A stretch of 64,000 nt of DNA from Macrostomum lignano (lineage: Eukaryota): assembly GCA_002269645.1 (NCBI GenBank), contig NIVC01000107.1:62001-126000 (forward strand), written 5' to 3'. Both the position numbers and the translations under genes were made by a program. Shown here piece by piece: positions 61,336 through 64,000 of this stretch. The notes under the pieces are model-generated. The model did no database searches and was not told where the DNA came from. It worked only from the letters and a program-made list of their open reading frames with translations. How positions within the stretch are numbered: the first letter of the stretch is position 1; each line of letters opens with the position of its first letter.

Positions 61336-61989
61336 GATCCGCAAACGAAGTCACGACTTCAAAAATCAGACATCAGACTTCCGTAGTAAACTGGCACAGA
61401 AGCTCCAGATATCCCTCATTAAAGTTTCGGAGTTTAGAAGACAACCAACAACGTTAAAACCAATACTTCAAGCCAGACAGCCCAGTCCTTGGAACTACTT
61501 GGCTATTCAAACCAGAAAAGGCACTGCTTGAGTAGGCAAAGCAGGCACTAAACCAATATATCAAGTCAGCAATCCGCTCAGCCCAATTTTCTTGTCAAAG
61601 CCTGTGCTCCTTGTTCGTTTCACTTGGCCGAGTGAAAAAAAACCTTTGGAGGGGTAGAGTGAGCAGCTCCCTCGTAATCGGCATTAATTAATCGCCGACA
61701 GAGGGGAACACAGCAACAAGTGGTGGAGTAGAGAGGCCGCTAATCCTAGCGCTAAAGCGAGAAGAAAGAATTTGAGTCTCTCACTAACTCTTCCAGTAGT
61801 ACGGTCTTCACTCCAGCTCATTTAACAGCCCGATCTCGCATATTAAAAGGTGAGGCCCATTAATAGGGTCTACATGTACAGTCAGAAAAATTACTGAATT
61901 ACCTCTGCAGAATTGATTTAGTTCAAGTTGGTTTGCATTCTCTGTTGCTAAAGCACTACTTTTCTTTCATGTTCTATTCCCTTACATTC

Positions 61990-62035
<46 letters not shown>

Positions 62036-62154
62036 ATTCCCTATCTCCCTACATTCCCCATCTCTCCCTACATTCCCAACCTCTCCCTACATTCCCTATC
62101 TCTTCCACTTGTTTGATTCCAGCCATCGAGTCTCTCAATCCCCCTGCTGAATGC

Positions 62155-62935
62155 CAGGACGTCAACGCCAGGAGGCCAAACTCATCGCGGTCCTGAAAAC
62201 TCTGGTCCCACATGGCGCCAACGAGCTGGCCGGGGTGCTGCACAATCCGGCGATCCCACTGATTGTGCCGCACTGCGCTGGGTCAGACACCCTGGTTGCC
62301 AAGGTGAGGGACGGCGTGGCACAGCACTGCGATGCCCCTGTACTGCCGGCCTTCACTAAAGGGAGGAGCCTTCGGGATCTACTCTGCCACAGCCAGCTCG
62401 AACCAGCTTCTGCCAATTGAGATCAGCTGTACAAAGGCTCTTTTACTGCTATTTTTCCCCTCTGTGATTTTTTCATTGACTTTATTTTGATTTATTCAGA
62501 TTATTTATTTTCTTCTTTTTATTCATTTTTCTGACACTGTGTACGGTGCACCTGCATTTTTGCTCTGAGCTTTTAATAATAATTTTTATTTACCTTACCT
62601 ATTTATTTTGGCATTTATTTTTACAATTTTTATTCTACACTTAAAGGTCGTCTAGGCCCACTTGTACAGTTTTAGCCACCCCCCGCTTTTCTCATAGTCT
62701 CGGACTCGTTTTAATGTACTGACCATGCGTACTGTTTTAAGTGCTTGAGCACATCAATTTATCGATCGTCTCTCCCTGGCGATATCGCCTTTATATATTG
62801 ACGGCAATTCGCGCCAAATAAACTTCACTCGCTTACAGCCCTGACGAATAAATTTAATTTCGAAATATCGGCTACTCAATTTAAATTGACTTTTTTCAGT
62901 CCTTTCTGACTTTCTACCGTGTCAGTGCCCGAGAT
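62155..62935 (+). mobile_element. Penelope-like element, 5'-truncated 3' end (GIY-YIG C-terminal motif + pLTR)
   Basis: RQEAKLIAVLKTLVPHGANE matches the terminal R.E..(W/L)I..L.TL.P.G.N motif of Neptune-type PLE endonucleases. Followed by AFTKGRSLRDLL, a T-rich 3' region and a hammerhead core. Confidence 0.7.
62837..62873 (+). ncRNA. Minimal type I hammerhead ribozyme
   Basis: AGCC-CTGACGA-[stem II AAAT/ATTT]-C-GAAA-TA-TC-GGCT. Stem I is AGCC:GGCT, both catalytic boxes are present, stem III is the palindrome ATAT, and the cleavage triplet AUC ends at 62869. Stem II is weak. Confidence 0.55.
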
Positions 62936-62966
62936 TGGAGGCGCCCTCCTCTCTCTCTCTCTCTCC

Positions 62967-63019
<53 letters not shown>

Positions 63020-64000
63020 TCTACATTCCCCATCTCCCTACATTCCCCATCTCTCCCTACATTCCCAACCTCTCCCTACATTCCCTATCTCTTCCACTTG
63101 TTTGATTCCAGCCATCGAGTCTCAATCCCCCTGCTGAATGCACTCAGCTCAAATTCTACTATCAGCAAAGCGAATCAAGGATTTAAGCTAGGATATGAGC
63201 GCGGAACAGCTTCATCTTTAGCGTAGGGTTCAGCCCGAGGTTTAAGAAGCGGCTCTACAAGATTGGTAAGCGGACAAATTGGCTGAGAAGCCGCACTAAC
63301 CAGCACAGCAAAAGATGATCTCTTCAAGCAAACCTATTATTGACCATTATTGACACCCTTTTTCTACACTGCAATGCTCGCCATGCATGGTATAATTAGT
63401 AAGCTTTGACAGGCCAAGCGAAACCAATTATGCGGGGTTAATCTCAAAACACCCTCTTCTGCCCGTCTCAGTTTCCTTGGAAAAAAACTGAGGACTGTTT
63501 TTCTCTCCCTCCTCTTTCTCTCCCCTTCCCGCTGTCTCCCTCTCCCTGTCTACTTCACAGTCGCTTTTCCTCTCCCCTCTACCACTTCATTTCCTTGTCT
63601 CTGCCAGCATAACAACGTATTATGATCTGCCATATATTCTTTACCCCTGTCAGCATATTTTCTTTTATCAGAAAGGATGGCAAGAAAGTATTCTAAGAGG
63701 GAGAGACTGGAGCGCGGCAGGGGATTTAGGATCGCAGAAGGAGGGAGTCAGTCGTGATAAAAAGTACGCCTTTATACAGACTCTGGTCCCGGAGGCCTTG
63801 CTCCTCCACTTTCAAGCCTGAAGCTTTACTCATCCAGCCCATCGGCTCAACTTTGCCCCAGCATCCGTCCCGCATCATCTTTGGAACTCGTCGCCATTTT
63901 CTCTCCTCCCTCCCTGTCTTCTGCGGTTGGCATTGCGCGTTTGAGTTTGAGTCTGATAACATGAAAAAATATGCTTCAGACTCCCCAAGCCTGTTTAGCA

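Overview
This is animal genomic DNA with spliceosomal introns, very rich in minisatellites. The gene style resembles a flatworm such as Macrostomum, but that is inference only. Genes reconstructed by reading splice sites and phases: (1) a Dscam-like gene on the minus strand (9 Ig + at least 2 FN3, 11 exons in about 95-10423, one GC-AG intron, probably running off the left edge); (2) a secreted fibrinogen-domain protein; (3) a plus-strand run of intron-poor genes: Sgf11/ATXN7L3, ecdysoneless, NUPR1/p8, E2F4/5 and CHP1-like; (4) the 7TM and C-tail exons of a GPR158/smog-like class C GPCR on the minus strand. Mobile DNA includes a three-layer nest at 19.9-24.5 kb: an LTR gag/protease remnant containing a LINE RT-RNase H fragment, itself split by a 2.5-kb EnSpm/CMC-like non-autonomous element. 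There are also a probable non-autonomous Helitron, tRNA-derived SINEs, MITEs, and a Penelope-like 3' fragment with a minimal hammerhead ribozyme between about 120-bp direct repeats. More than 20 distinct tandem arrays explain most of the low-complexity ORFs in the track. There are no prokaryotic features or CRISPR arrays. All calls come from manual reading; no searches were run.
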